Source: Patescibacteria group bacterium
Lineage (GTDB): Bacteria; Patescibacteriota; Microgenomatia; Levybacterales; UBA12049
DNA length: 63,180 bases
Direction of reading: 5' to 3'
Assembly (NCBI GenBank): GCA_035646815.1
Contig: DASRON010000014.1
Location: forward strand, 1-63,180
Part shown: positions 54,676-63,180 of the stretch, one piece after another
How the letters are laid out: each line of letters begins with the position of its first letter
Position numbering within the stretch: the first letter of the stretch is position 1
The notes under the pieces: model-generated
The model's database searches: none
What the model saw: only the letters and a program-made list of their open reading frames with translations
Told to the model about the DNA's origin: nothing
Position numbers and translations under genes: made by a program

Positions 54676-55033
54676 GACTCCAGGAAATAAATAAGCCAGA
54701 TTCTGTTTTAGTTGCAATCTGTCTCAGTTGTGATGTTTGGTCACGTCTGCCTCGTTTTAATTCGAGGTGCCCTCTACTTTGATGCTCCCGTAAAGCAGGT
54801 AATAACGCATCATTCGGAGGTTGCAGCAGGTGGGATTGCCCGTTTCACATCCACTCGTCTCTGTTGCTCTCAGATTCTGTTAATTCAAAATCTGTCTTAA
54901 GATTCACATGTGGATAAAAATCTTAAGAACCAGCTATTGCTAGTTGGAGCTTACACTCCATCCCCGGCTTTACACCTGTCTGGACTTTCCTGTCTCGATA
55001 AAATCGAGACTAGCAACCTATTTCCTGGAATCC
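54676..55033 (-). ncRNA. rnpB: RNase P RNA (bacterial type A-like)
   Basis: On the minus strand a 14-bp P1 forms between GAUUCCAGGAAAUA and UAUUUCCUGGAGUC. The P3 hairpin is UAGUCUCGAUUUUAUCGAGACA. The universal motifs AGGAAAGUCCAGAC and ACAGAAUCUGGCUUA are present. Local GC is elevated. Confidence 0.9.
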
Positions 55034-55040
55034 AAGTAAT

Positions 55041-55069
55041 ATTATAGCAAAAAACTTAGTTTTTGTAAA
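55041..55069 (-). promoter_or_regulatory. sigma70-like promoter of rnpB
   Basis: Minus strand: TTTACA (55069-55064), 17-nt spacer, TATAAT (55046-55041), then 7 nt to the G at the start of P1. Confidence 0.65.
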
Positions 55070-55074
55070 AACTA
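55049..55074 (-). terminator. rho-independent terminator of the helicase-nuclease gene
   Basis: Minus strand: TAGTTTTT-AC-AAAAACTA, then AG TTTTTT. It overlaps the rnpB -35 and spacer. Confidence 0.6.
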
Positions 55075-55080
55075 GAGGCC

Positions 55081-57960
55081 TTAAGAAGAGCAAAGCATTT
55101 TATATTCACAGTTTAAGCAGAACTTATTTTTGCTACAGATAAAATCACTTTTTGAAATCTCGTCTGCTTTGTTTAAAATTTTTTCTTTTGCGTCTTCTAG
55201 TTGTTTTTTTGTTCTCGTAGTGCTAATTTTTTTTCCTTCTTCAAGAAAATATAACGAAAGAATAATCTCTTCAGGTTTTTTATTAAGAGGAATTTCTTTT
55301 ACTTCTGTTGCAGCTAAAGCGTAAACTGTAAGTTGCATATCATTTTTTAAAAATTTTTCATCAGGAATTTTTCCTCCGGTTTTATAATCTATTATTTCAA
55401 TCTTATTGTTTTCTAGGCGGTCAATTCTATCTATTCTTCCCCCAATTTTTAAACCTTTGATTGTAAAATTAAAAGGGTATTCTAGTTTGTCTGGAAGCTT
55501 TTTTTTATTAAGATTTACTTTAAGAAAATTTTGAATGATTTTTTTTGCTTTCTCAAAAGCTTTTTTTTCATGTTCTTTGCTATGGAAACCTTCATTTATC
55601 CAGTTTTTATTTATTAAGTTTTCTATATTTCTAATATCTATTTTTTCTCCTTTAATTAATGCTTGATAAAAATCCCTAAGAGTAGAATGAACACTTGTTC
55701 CAAAACTTTGCGCTGAAGATTGAGCTGTTGGAACCCTTAAAAGGTATTTTAATTTATAATGTAGAGGGCAAATATCAAAAGTTTGAATTTGAGAATAAGA
55801 AAGATAGTTTATAGAAATATTTTTTTTAACTGGAGTTAAGATTGGCATTGCTTGCTTCCAATTTAACAAAGAAAGTTGACCATTGTTTTTAGTATTATCT
55901 TTTTCAAGAATTTTTAAAACATTTTTTTCTCCTATAGATTCATATACAAACGGAGATATTTTTCTTGTTCTTTTTCCTTCTCCATAATATTTCGAAGCAG
56001 TCATAAATAATAAATCTTTTGCTCTAGTCATTCCAACATAAAATAATCTTCTTTCCTCTTCTAGGTGAAAATCTCCAATTGGTAAAATTTCTTTTATGAA
56101 TTCAGATGGAATAGGAATTGCTTCATGCCTTTCTCTTGTAGGGAAGCGTTGAGAAACAAGATTTATCAAAAAGACTACAGAAAACTCAAGTCCCTTACTT
56201 GAGTGTATAGACAAAATATTAACAGCATTGTTTTCTGTCCAATCAACATTAGTACTTAAAGGACTTTCTCCTACTTGCATTGAAAGATCAATCCAATCAA
56301 CAACTTCAAAAACAGTAGAGTTTTCATGATCTGTTTCATATGCTTTTAATTTGTCAAAAAATCGTGCCATATTTTTTGCGGCAATTTCATCCTTTTCTGT
56401 TTCAGGATTTACAAGTTCTTTTAAATATCCACTATCGGTTAAAAAATAAAAAAGTATTTGTCCCGCAGTTTCCTTAGGGACAAGTTTTAAATGTTTTTTT
56501 ATCATACGGCTTAAGTTCTTTATTTTTTCTTTTGTTTTAATTCCCAGAGGTATTTCATCGATTTTAGTTAGTGTTTCAAAAAGTGAATAATTTTTTCTTT
56601 TTGATAGATTTAAGAGCGAAGCAATTTCTATTGCATCAAGTTTAAAAATTGGCATTGTCAAAACTCTATATAGGGAAGTTGAGTCATTAAAATTATATAA
56701 AACTTTTAAATAAGAAATTAAATCTTTTATCACTTCTTGCTTGAATAATTTTCCAGGTCCTAAAAATTGAAAAGGAATTCTTTTTCGTTCAAATGCTCTA
56801 ATGAAAGAGTGAGCGTGATCATTTGCTCTAACTAAGATAGCAATATCTTTAAACAAATATTTATTACTTAAGACAAGCTCATTAATTTTTTTGGCAACTA
56901 AGTCTGCTTCGTCTTCTACTTTTTCTGAAAATATAAATTCTATTATTTCTCCATTAATTCTTCTCTCAGATGTTAATTTTTTGCTTATTTTTTCTTTTGC
57001 CTCAAGTCGGTCTGGATTATTAAATTGAATTAGATTATATGAACTATCAAGAATTTCTTTTGTAGATCTGTAATTTTTTGTTAGCGTTACAATTTTTGCA
57101 TCTGAAAAATTTTTCTTAAATTGGATAATATTTGATATAGAACTTCCTCTAAAACGATAAATTGATTGATCATCATCTCCGACAACAGTTATATTTCTTT
57201 TTTCTTTTGAAAGAAATTCAGCTAACTTATTTTGTGCGTAATTAGTGTCTTGAAATTCATCAACTAAAATGTATTGAAATTGTTTTTGATAGTTTTTAAG
57301 AATATTTTTTCGTTTTCTAAAAAGATTCAAGGTGTTTGAGATTAGATCTGAAAAATCCATAGCTCCTTCTTTTATTTTTATTTCCTCGTAAGTTTTGTAA
57401 GCGTTTGCAAGCTCAACTATTTTCTCAATTTCTTCTTTCCCGAATTTTTTATTAACTTTTATTTTTTTTACATATTTTAAATATTCATCTACATTTACAT
57501 CTTCATCTTTTAACCTGCTAAAATGCTGGAGTAATGCCCCTAAAAATTTATTAGGGTTTCCAAGCGGTCTAAAGTATTTAAGATTGAATTTAAAAAGATT
57601 AGTTCTTATTAAAAGAATGCTTTCTGCTTCTGTTAAAAGTTTATATCCTGAATTTAGCCCTATGTGCATTGATTCTTGACGGAGAATTCGATCGCAAAAA
57701 GAATGAAATGTAGAAATCCACATTTGAGTATATCCGTAAGGCATTGCCTTATCAACTCTTTCTTCCATTTCCATTGCTGCTTTTTCTGTAAAGGTAAGCG
57801 CTAGTATTTCAGAAGGTTTTACCTTTTTTTTGAGGATTAAATATTTTATTCGTTCTGTAATAACCGTAGTTTTTCCTGTTCCTGCCCCAGCAATTATTAA
57901 AAGAGGTCCTTTCCCATGATTTATTGCTTTGAGCTGCTGTTTATTAAGCTTCTTATCCAT
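55081..57960 (-). CDS. UvrD/PcrA-type helicase fused to a C-terminal PD-(D/E)XK (Cas4/AddB-like) nuclease
   Basis: 959 aa with Walker A GAGTGKTT, DEFQDT and helicase motifs through VGMTRAK. The C-terminus carries CPLHYKL, GRIDRID...IIDYKTG and CSKNKFCLNCEYKMLC. Confidence 0.88.
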   Translation of the reverse strand: MDKKLNKQQLKAINHGKGPLLIIAGAGTGKTTVITERIKYLILKKKVKPSEILALTFTEKAAMEMEERVDKAMPYGYTQMWISTFHSFCDRILRQESMHIGLNSGYKLLTEAESILLIRTNLFKFNLKYFRPLGNPNKFLGALLQHFSRLKDEDVNVDEYLKYVKKIKVNKKFGKEEIEKIVELANAYKTYEEIKIKEGAMDFSDLISNTLNLFRKRKNILKNYQKQFQYILVDEFQDTNYAQNKLAEFLSKEKRNITVVGDDDQSIYRFRGSSISNIIQFKKNFSDAKIVTLTKNYRSTKEILDSSYNLIQFNNPDRLEAKEKISKKLTSERRINGEIIEFIFSEKVEDEADLVAKKINELVLSNKYLFKDIAILVRANDHAHSFIRAFERKRIPFQFLGPGKLFKQEVIKDLISYLKVLYNFNDSTSLYRVLTMPIFKLDAIEIASLLNLSKRKNYSLFETLTKIDEIPLGIKTKEKIKNLSRMIKKHLKLVPKETAGQILFYFLTDSGYLKELVNPETEKDEIAAKNMARFFDKLKAYETDHENSTVFEVVDWIDLSMQVGESPLSTNVDWTENNAVNILSIHSSKGLEFSVVFLINLVSQRFPTRERHEAIPIPSEFIKEILPIGDFHLEEERRLFYVGMTRAKDLLFMTASKYYGEGKRTRKISPFVYESIGEKNVLKILEKDNTKNNGQLSLLNWKQAMPILTPVKKNISINYLSYSQIQTFDICPLHYKLKYLLRVPTAQSSAQSFGTSVHSTLRDFYQALIKGEKIDIRNIENLINKNWINEGFHSKEHEKKAFEKAKKIIQNFLKVNLNKKKLPDKLEYPFNFTIKGLKIGGRIDRIDRLENNKIEIIDYKTGGKIPDEKFLKNDMQLTVYALAATEVKEIPLNKKPEEIILSLYFLEEGKKISTTRTKKQLEDAKEKILNKADEISKSDFICSKNKFCLNCEYKMLCSS

Positions 57961-57989
57961 TTAAGCAGAGGTAATTGTATCACAAAAAA

Positions 57990-58397
57990 TTATTGGACTA
58001 TTATGGTTCCTGTTCGACTTGGATTAAGATGATCGTGATAGTTATATGTTCCAGCTTTTTCAAAAACTGCCTGAACAGAAGATTCAGCTCCAAATTCACC
58101 TAGATTTAAAAATGGGAAAAGCAAGTGATCAGGATGATTATCTGAGTTTACAGTTGCAGAGTCTCCGCTTTTATTAATCCAAATAATTCTTGTTCCGGTT
58201 TTTATGGTTAGTTCTTTTGGGCTAAAACCTTCTTTTGAAAGTGTGACTGTTTCCTTAGTTTCTTCAGATTGAGTATTCGAAGGTGAATCAGTTGAATTAT
58301 CCTTCTTAGGAAGAAACGCATTTTTGTTTACAGAATAGTACATAACTCCAACTAAGAAAAGAATAGCAACAGTTATATAGAGAAGTCTTTTATCCAT
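57990..58397 (-). CDS. membrane-anchored cupredoxin-like protein
   Basis: 135 aa with an N-terminal TM helix. TIKTGTRIIWINKSGDSATVNS...GTYNYHDHLNPSRTGTIIV resembles the plastocyanin/EfeO cupredoxin pattern. Confidence 0.6.
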   Translation of the reverse strand: MDKRLLYITVAILFLVGVMYYSVNKNAFLPKKDNSTDSPSNTQSEETKETVTLSKEGFSPKELTIKTGTRIIWINKSGDSATVNSDNHPDHLLFPFLNLGEFGAESSVQAVFEKAGTYNYHDHLNPSRTGTIIVQ

Positions 58398-58436
58398 ATT
58401 AATACAACAATAGCATTTGATTAAAATAAACGCAAA

Positions 58437-59420
58437 TTAATTTTTTTTGTCTTGTTTTGTAATTTTTTCTTCCAGTCGTTTTGTAATATTTATCTTTTGT
58501 CCTATTTCTAAAAAACCACTAAAAACATTACTAAACTGAGAAGATGCATTACCCAAATGTTTGCCTAAAACACTTAAGCTTTCATTTACTTTATTGTAGT
58601 CTGTTTGAAGACCTCTAATCATGGTAAATATTTCTTTTGATTTTTCTTCAATTTTTCTTCCTTCAAAAGAAAGTAAGATGGTTTGTAGATGCGCATATAA
58701 TGTGGAAGGAGATACAATGTAAACGCGTTCGCTTCTTGCAAAATCCATAATTTCAGGAAGGTTTACTATTTCATAATAGACGGATTCACTTGGAACATAC
58801 ATTAAGGCAAAATCCATAGTCCCTTCACTTGGGAGAATATATTTTTTTGAAATTGTACTAATATGTTTTTTTATATCTCTTACAAATTCTCTTTGAAAAG
58901 CACTTCTTTCAGTTTTTACATCAGTTTTAAACATTTTTTGAAAATTTTCCATTGGGAATTTTGAATCTATTGGTAAAATTCCAGCATCTGTTTTTATTGC
59001 GGCATCAACTCTGTCTCCAGTCTTAAATTCGTATTGTAAAAAAAAGTTACTTTTTGGAAACATTTGAGAAATTAGATCTTTTAGAACATGTTCTCCAATA
59101 TTACCTCTTAGCTTTGGGCTTTTTAAAAATTCCTGAAGCTCTTTCATGCTTCTTCCTATTTCACTCATTTGACCAACTTCTTTTCCAACACTTTGCATGG
59201 CCAAAGCTGTTTTATCTAATCTTTCAATTAATTGTTTTGAATTTTCATGAAGAGTTCTATTCATAGTAGAAGTAGAAGAATCTAATGATTTTTGCATTGT
59301 TTTTAGCCATTCGAGAAGTAGTTCATCAGATTTGGATTTACTTATTTGTGAAACTTTTCGATAAAGCAAGAGAATAGCAACCACAAGGATTATGAGAATA
59401 ATTAATAGTTCATATTGCAT
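58437..59420 (-). CDS. rmuC: DNA recombination protein RmuC
   Basis: 327 aa with an N-terminal TM helix, a coiled-coil, and RGNIGEHVL...DAAIK...PIDSKFP...MYVPSE blocks. Confidence 0.88.
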   Translation of the reverse strand: MQYELLIILIILVVAILLLYRKVSQISKSKSDELLLEWLKTMQKSLDSSTSTMNRTLHENSKQLIERLDKTALAMQSVGKEVGQMSEIGRSMKELQEFLKSPKLRGNIGEHVLKDLISQMFPKSNFFLQYEFKTGDRVDAAIKTDAGILPIDSKFPMENFQKMFKTDVKTERSAFQREFVRDIKKHISTISKKYILPSEGTMDFALMYVPSESVYYEIVNLPEIMDFARSERVYIVSPSTLYAHLQTILLSFEGRKIEEKSKEIFTMIRGLQTDYNKVNESLSVLGKHLGNASSQFSNVFSGFLEIGQKINITKRLEEKITKQDKKN

Positions 59421-59435
59421 TCTTTTATTTTACCA

Positions 59436-60479
59436 CTAATTGAAATAAAGTTCGGGATTAGCAGTGATTTTCTCTAGAGGAATAGGTTTTCCTCTAAAGA
59501 ATGCACAAGCACCAATCATAGAAGCATTATCAGTGCAGAGCCATTTTTCGGGAACAAAAAAATCTATGTTTATCTTGTTATCTTTAATTTCTTTTAAGAA
59601 TTGATTTTCAAGCTTTTTATTTGCAGAAACACCGCCTGAGATAAGAATTGATTTAACACTATATTCTTTTACAGCTTTAATTGTTTTTCTTATTAAAACA
59701 TCAATAATTGCTTTTTGAAGAGATGCAGAAAGATCAGCAACTTGCTTGTTGTCTATTTTTACAATTGTTTTAACTTCTCTTAAAACTGCAGTCTTAAGAC
59801 CACTAAAGCTGAAATCAAAATCAAGAGATCCAATTAGAGGGCGAGGAAAATTATATTTCTTTTCGTCTCCTTTGCTTGCCGCTTCTTCAATATTTGGACC
59901 TCCTGGATAAGGAAGATTTAAGAGCCTTCCTATTTTATCAAAGGCTTCACCTGCAGCATCATCTCTTGTTCCACCAAGCCATTTAATATTATTATGATTT
60001 CTCATTAACAAAAGATCAGTGTGTCCACCTGAAACAACTAAAACAATTGCCGGGAACGTAATGTCTTTCTTAATTGCATCTTGTTTAACAAAATTTGCAT
60101 AAATATGTCCGTATAAATGATTAACTGGAATTATTGGTTTTTTCCAAAGTAAAGATAAGGTTTTAGCAGTTTCGACACCTATTAAAAGAGATCCAATTAG
60201 TCCTGGTCCAATAGTTACAGCAATTTGATCAATATCAGGTATATTGTCTTTAGATGTTTTTATTTTAGCTTTTTTAAATGCTTCTTCTATAATAGGTATG
60301 AGATATTTTATTTGTTCTCTTGCAGCTACTTCAGGAATGATTCCTCCAGTTTTTGCATGAAGCTTAAGAGAGGATGAAATAACGTTTGACAAAATTTTTA
60401 CCTTTTTATCTTTAGGTTTTCCTTCAATAATTGCTGCAGCTGTTTCGTCGCAAGAGGTTTCAATTGCTAATATTTTCAT
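59436..60479 (-). CDS. tsaD: tRNA N6-adenosine threonylcarbamoyltransferase TsaD
   Basis: ILAIETSCDETAAAI, NHLYGHIY, SGGHT and GGVSAN motifs. Confidence 0.96.
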   Translation of the reverse strand: MKILAIETSCDETAAAIIEGKPKDKKVKILSNVISSSLKLHAKTGGIIPEVAAREQIKYLIPIIEEAFKKAKIKTSKDNIPDIDQIAVTIGPGLIGSLLIGVETAKTLSLLWKKPIIPVNHLYGHIYANFVKQDAIKKDITFPAIVLVVSGGHTDLLLMRNHNNIKWLGGTRDDAAGEAFDKIGRLLNLPYPGGPNIEEAASKGDEKKYNFPRPLIGSLDFDFSFSGLKTAVLREVKTIVKIDNKQVADLSASLQKAIIDVLIRKTIKAVKEYSVKSILISGGVSANKKLENQFLKEIKDNKINIDFFVPEKWLCTDNASMIGACAFFRGKPIPLEKITANPELYFN

Positions 60480-60942
60480 ACTTTACTTCATTTCCGGTTT
60501 TAATTTTATATTCTTTAACAAGACCTGCATTTATTTCTAAAACTGTATCAGAGGTTTCAGATGGTTGATAAACAACAAGTTTTCCTTTAACCTCCTTAGG
60601 AGGTTTAACATTTTCAAATATTGTTACGATTTTTCCTTTCTTTATATAAATGATATCAATTGGGAATTGCATATTTTTCATCCAAAAACCATAATAATCC
60701 TCTTTATTAAATGGAAAGAGCATTCCTTGATTCTTAGCTAGATTTTTTTTATTTGATAGTCCTATTTCTTTTTCTTTTGCAGATTTTGCAATAGTTATTT
60801 TGAAAACATGATTATTTATATTTGCGGTTGCTTGTTTTTTGAAAAAAAGATTTTCCTTAAAAAACACTCTTGATACACCAAAGGAAATAAAAAGAACAAT
60901 GACAATGATAACAAGTCCAAACAAAATGGTTTTTAAATTCAT
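60460..60942 (-). CDS. DUF192 domain protein
   Basis: 160 aa with an N-terminal TM helix. GLSNKKNLAKNQGMLF, FWMKNMQFPIDIIYI and VLEINAG match the DUF192 pattern. Confidence 0.75.
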   Translation of the reverse strand: MNLKTILFGLVIIVIVLFISFGVSRVFFKENLFFKKQATANINNHVFKITIAKSAKEKEIGLSNKKNLAKNQGMLFPFNKEDYYGFWMKNMQFPIDIIYIKKGKIVTIFENVKPPKEVKGKLVVYQPSETSDTVLEINAGLVKEYKIKTGNEVKYENISN

Positions 60943-61421
60943 AATATTTTTCTGAGTTTTGTAAGACGGCTACTTGATCTGTTATTTAATTTTTTAACAA
61001 CAAAAACAACTTTTGCTCCAACAAGTTTTGCCTGTCTATTCTTATGATTTATGCCAGAATCTCCTTCTGTGGCAGCTATTACGTGCGGTTTTATCTGAGA
61101 TATAAGTTTATCATATTCTGTGTTAGATGCAACTTTTTTAAGTTTTACAATAATGTCGACATAGGAAATAGCGGAAAGTACCTCTGCTCGTTCATCTTGA
61201 TTATTTATTGGACGATTTTTGCCTTTAAGTTTTTTAACAGAATTATCACTTTCAAGAAGAACAATTAACACATCACCTTTTTCCTTTGCTTTTTCAAGTA
61301 GCTTCACGTGTCCGAGATGGATAAGATCAAAACAACCGCCTGTTACAACAATTCTTTTATTCTTAAATCTTTGCTCTTCTAAAACTTTCCCTATTTGATT
61401 TTCATTTACTATCCTGCCCAT
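60939..61421 (-). CDS. cytidylyl/adenylyltransferase family protein (RfaE domain II-like)
   Basis: VVTGGCFDLIHLGHVKLLEKAKEKGDVLIVLLESDNSVKKLKGKNRPI fits the HxGH nucleotidyltransferase pattern. Confidence 0.8.
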   Translation of the reverse strand: MGRIVNENQIGKVLEEQRFKNKRIVVTGGCFDLIHLGHVKLLEKAKEKGDVLIVLLESDNSVKKLKGKNRPINNQDERAEVLSAISYVDIIVKLKKVASNTEYDKLISQIKPHVIAATEGDSGINHKNRQAKLVGAKVVFVVKKLNNRSSSRLTKLRKIL

Positions 61422-62846
61422 TTATTCTTTTGTCCCTTTTAGATAAATATCTTGCCATGCTCTATAATTTGAGACAAACTTGTCTGATATAATTTCTTTA
61501 CCGTCTTTTTTAACAGTTCTTGTAAAATATACTCTTGCTCCCCAAGCAGCAAAATCAACTTGTTTTACTTCTCCTTTTGGAAGAGTTGGATCATCTTGGT
61601 ATAAAGGTGGAGGCGGAGGAGTCTGACTGGTAATTACAGGTTTTGTCATTGAAACTTCTCGTCCATCTTTTGTTCCATATAAAACAAAAGTGAGTCTTAA
61701 TACATTGGGATCAACAAAACTTTGAATTAGTATATAGTTGTCAGTATCGTTTTTGAATTTAAGATCAGGCGAAGGACTGTAAACTGTTGCATCAAGTCCA
61801 GGGGGTGAATCTTGTTCGTAATAGCCTACTCTGTAAGCATGAGCCTGTCTTTCAACAATAGGAAGTCCTGCATCAAGAATTGCTCTAAAAAGCGTTGTTG
61901 AGACTTGGCATACCCCGCCTCCATCTCCTAAGACTGTTCTTCCGCCTAAGATAACATATGCTTGTTTGTATCCTGTAAAAGAAGAAACATCACCAAGCGT
62001 TTTATTAAAGGAAAAAACTTCTCCTGGTGCAACTAGAACACCATTTATACGTGCTGCTGCAAGAGCAACATTAAAAATCCTACCGGAAATGGAATGCTGG
62101 AAAAGAGAAGTTCCTGATCCAATTTTTTCTTTAATTCCCATATCATTTACGTTGTCTGTAGTTATTTCAGGTTCAATTGTTTTTATGGGAATTTCAATTA
62201 CAATTATTTTGGGCTTGTCAGAAGAAACTACGGAAAGAGTTTTTGAGGAAACAATATGATTTAACTCTTCAAAATCAAGAGTTTGTCCATTCTCTGAAGG
62301 AAGAAAAGCGGTTACTCTTCCATTTTCAAATTTAAATAAAGCATCTTTTGGCTTTTTTTCAATAGCAGCAGTAATTGGTATTAATATTTCTTTTAATTTA
62401 TCTTCAGAGTAACGATATGAGTTAGGGAGATAAATTCCGTTTAAATATGATTGCAAAATTAAACTAACATTGGAAAGTGTGTTTTTTGATCTTCCTAAAG
62501 TGTACGCTTGAGATGCAAGAAGAGAACCGTCATAGCCAAAATCAATTGCCCTAGCAGAAATTGTTGCTGTTCCATAATCACTTGAAAAAACAAGTGAAGT
62601 ATTTTCAGTAAAGCTATTCTTCTTTTCAAAATATGCTTCAACATTAACTTGAGTTTTTCCTCCAAAATTAACACCATTTATTATTATTCCAGGATAAATT
62701 TTATTAGAGTAAATTCTTTGGAAAATAAAAAATATGGAATTTGTTATGATAAATAGGGCCAAAAAGACCCCTACAGAAAACCAAAAGATTACTCTTGAAA
62801 CTTTTAAAAAATGTCCTTTTTTAAGAGGATTTTTAAATTTATTCAT
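61422..62846 (-). CDS. VanW family protein with a C-terminal G5 domain
   Basis: 474 aa with an N-terminal TM helix, VanW core (GGGVCQVSTTLFRA) and a poly-Pro linker. The G5-like end is LPKGEVKQVDFAAWGARVYFTRTV. Confidence 0.85.
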   Translation of the reverse strand: MNKFKNPLKKGHFLKVSRVIFWFSVGVFLALFIITNSIFFIFQRIYSNKIYPGIIINGVNFGGKTQVNVEAYFEKKNSFTENTSLVFSSDYGTATISARAIDFGYDGSLLASQAYTLGRSKNTLSNVSLILQSYLNGIYLPNSYRYSEDKLKEILIPITAAIEKKPKDALFKFENGRVTAFLPSENGQTLDFEELNHIVSSKTLSVVSSDKPKIIVIEIPIKTIEPEITTDNVNDMGIKEKIGSGTSLFQHSISGRIFNVALAAARINGVLVAPGEVFSFNKTLGDVSSFTGYKQAYVILGGRTVLGDGGGVCQVSTTLFRAILDAGLPIVERQAHAYRVGYYEQDSPPGLDATVYSPSPDLKFKNDTDNYILIQSFVDPNVLRLTFVLYGTKDGREVSMTKPVITSQTPPPPPLYQDDPTLPKGEVKQVDFAAWGARVYFTRTVKKDGKEIISDKFVSNYRAWQDIYLKGTKE

Positions 62847-62881
62847 TTGCGCCTATACTCTCATGGTATTATACTATATGT

Positions 62882-63180
62882 ATGGAAGAAAGTACTATTT
62901 TTGGACAGCCTCAGGTTTTACCTCAGGCTTCTGGGGAAGTTCCTTCTCAGGAACAGCCTTTAGAAAATCAGGCTATTAAAGGACAAGAAAATATTCCTCC
63001 TCAAGAGGCTAATAAAGTTCCTCAACAATCTTCTCAAGAAGGAGGAAATCCTCCTCCGCCTCCTCCACCTCCTCCACTTGCTCCTGTAGATGATGATGGA
63101 AATGAAGAGGAAGATAGGCCATCATTTTTTAAAAAAATATTAAAGTTTTTTTTAGGAATAGCTGTTCTTGTTGCAATAGT
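62882..63180 (+). CDS. partial Pro/Gln-rich membrane protein (3' end outside window)
   Basis: The frame is open from the ATG at 62882 to the window end. MEESTIFGQPQVLPQ...GGNPPPPPPPPPLAP...FFKKILKFFLGIAVLVAIV. TATACT lies 6 nt upstream of the ATG. Not in the ORF track because no stop is reached. Confidence 0.5.
   Translation, partial: MEESTIFGQPQVLPQASGEVPSQEQPLENQAIKGQENIPPQEANKVPQQSSQEGGNPPPPPPPPPLAPVDDDGNEEEDRPSFFKKILKFFLGIAVLVAI

Noticed and set aside
54712-54900. 62-aa plus-strand ORF in the track.
   Set aside because: It lies entirely inside, and antisense to, the RNase P RNA. Its relatively GC-rich, Cys/Val-rich translation looks like a by-product of structured RNA.
1-63180. Genome-wide TGA reassignment (code 4 or 25), as an explanation for the TGAs in the uppS relic.
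   Set aside because: TGA clearly terminates conserved genes at their normal ends (infA at 43605-43607, rplX at 37100-37102, and others). All large conserved proteins are intact under the standard code with TGG for Trp.
1-63180. Search by eye for CRISPR arrays, IS elements, integrases, reverse transcriptases, rRNA, tmRNA or further tRNAs.
   Set aside because: I found no regularly spaced repeats, no transposase, integrase or RT motifs and no further T-loop/acceptor signatures. Only tRNA-Pro and RNase P RNA were found as RNA genes. A covariance-model scan would be needed to be sure.

Overview
This 63.2-kb fragment is AT-rich (roughly one-third GC by eye), gene-dense and bacterial. Several traits suggest a Candidate Phyla Radiation (Patescibacteria)-type genome. 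There is no rpmD between rpsE and rplO. AlaRS lacks its C-terminal domain and RNase Y lacks its membrane anchor. An archaeal-type AMP-phosphorylase-like gene is present, and there are many orphan small ORFs. Layout: (1) 1-14.3 kb holds envelope and division genes (DUF2207 fragment, ftsK, rodZ-like, DUF948/YtxH pair, a FAM151/DUF2181-like gene, mltG, deoA-like phosphorylase, sortase plus a 781-aa membrane protein), then alaS and a Cas4-like PD-(D/E)XK nuclease. (2) 14.4-47.6 kb is one co-directional expression super-cluster: rpoB-rpoC-rpsL-rpsG-fusA ... tuf-rpsJ-rplC ... rpsE-rplO-secY-adk-adk2-map-infA-rpmJ-rpsM-rpsK-rpsD-rpoA-rplQ-rplM-rpsI. About 5 kb of orphan, membrane and maf genes interrupt it between rpsG and tuf. 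A promoter plus terminator-like leader interrupts it between rpsJ and rplC. (3) 47.6-50.2 kb is a decayed patch: a uppS relic with six in-frame stops, a frameshifted kinase relic without a P-loop, one intact TIM-barrel gene and tRNA-Pro(GGG). (4) 50.2-63.2 kb holds recA-recX-rny-hup, an AI-2E transporter, RNase P RNA (minus strand, absent from the ORF track), a UvrD-type helicase fused to a nuclease, a cupredoxin-like protein, rmuC, tsaD, DUF192, a cytidylyltransferase, a VanW/G5 protein and a partial Pro/Gln-rich membrane ORF. I saw no CRISPR array, transposase, integrase or rRNA. All family assignments come from motif recognition by eye. No database search was run.
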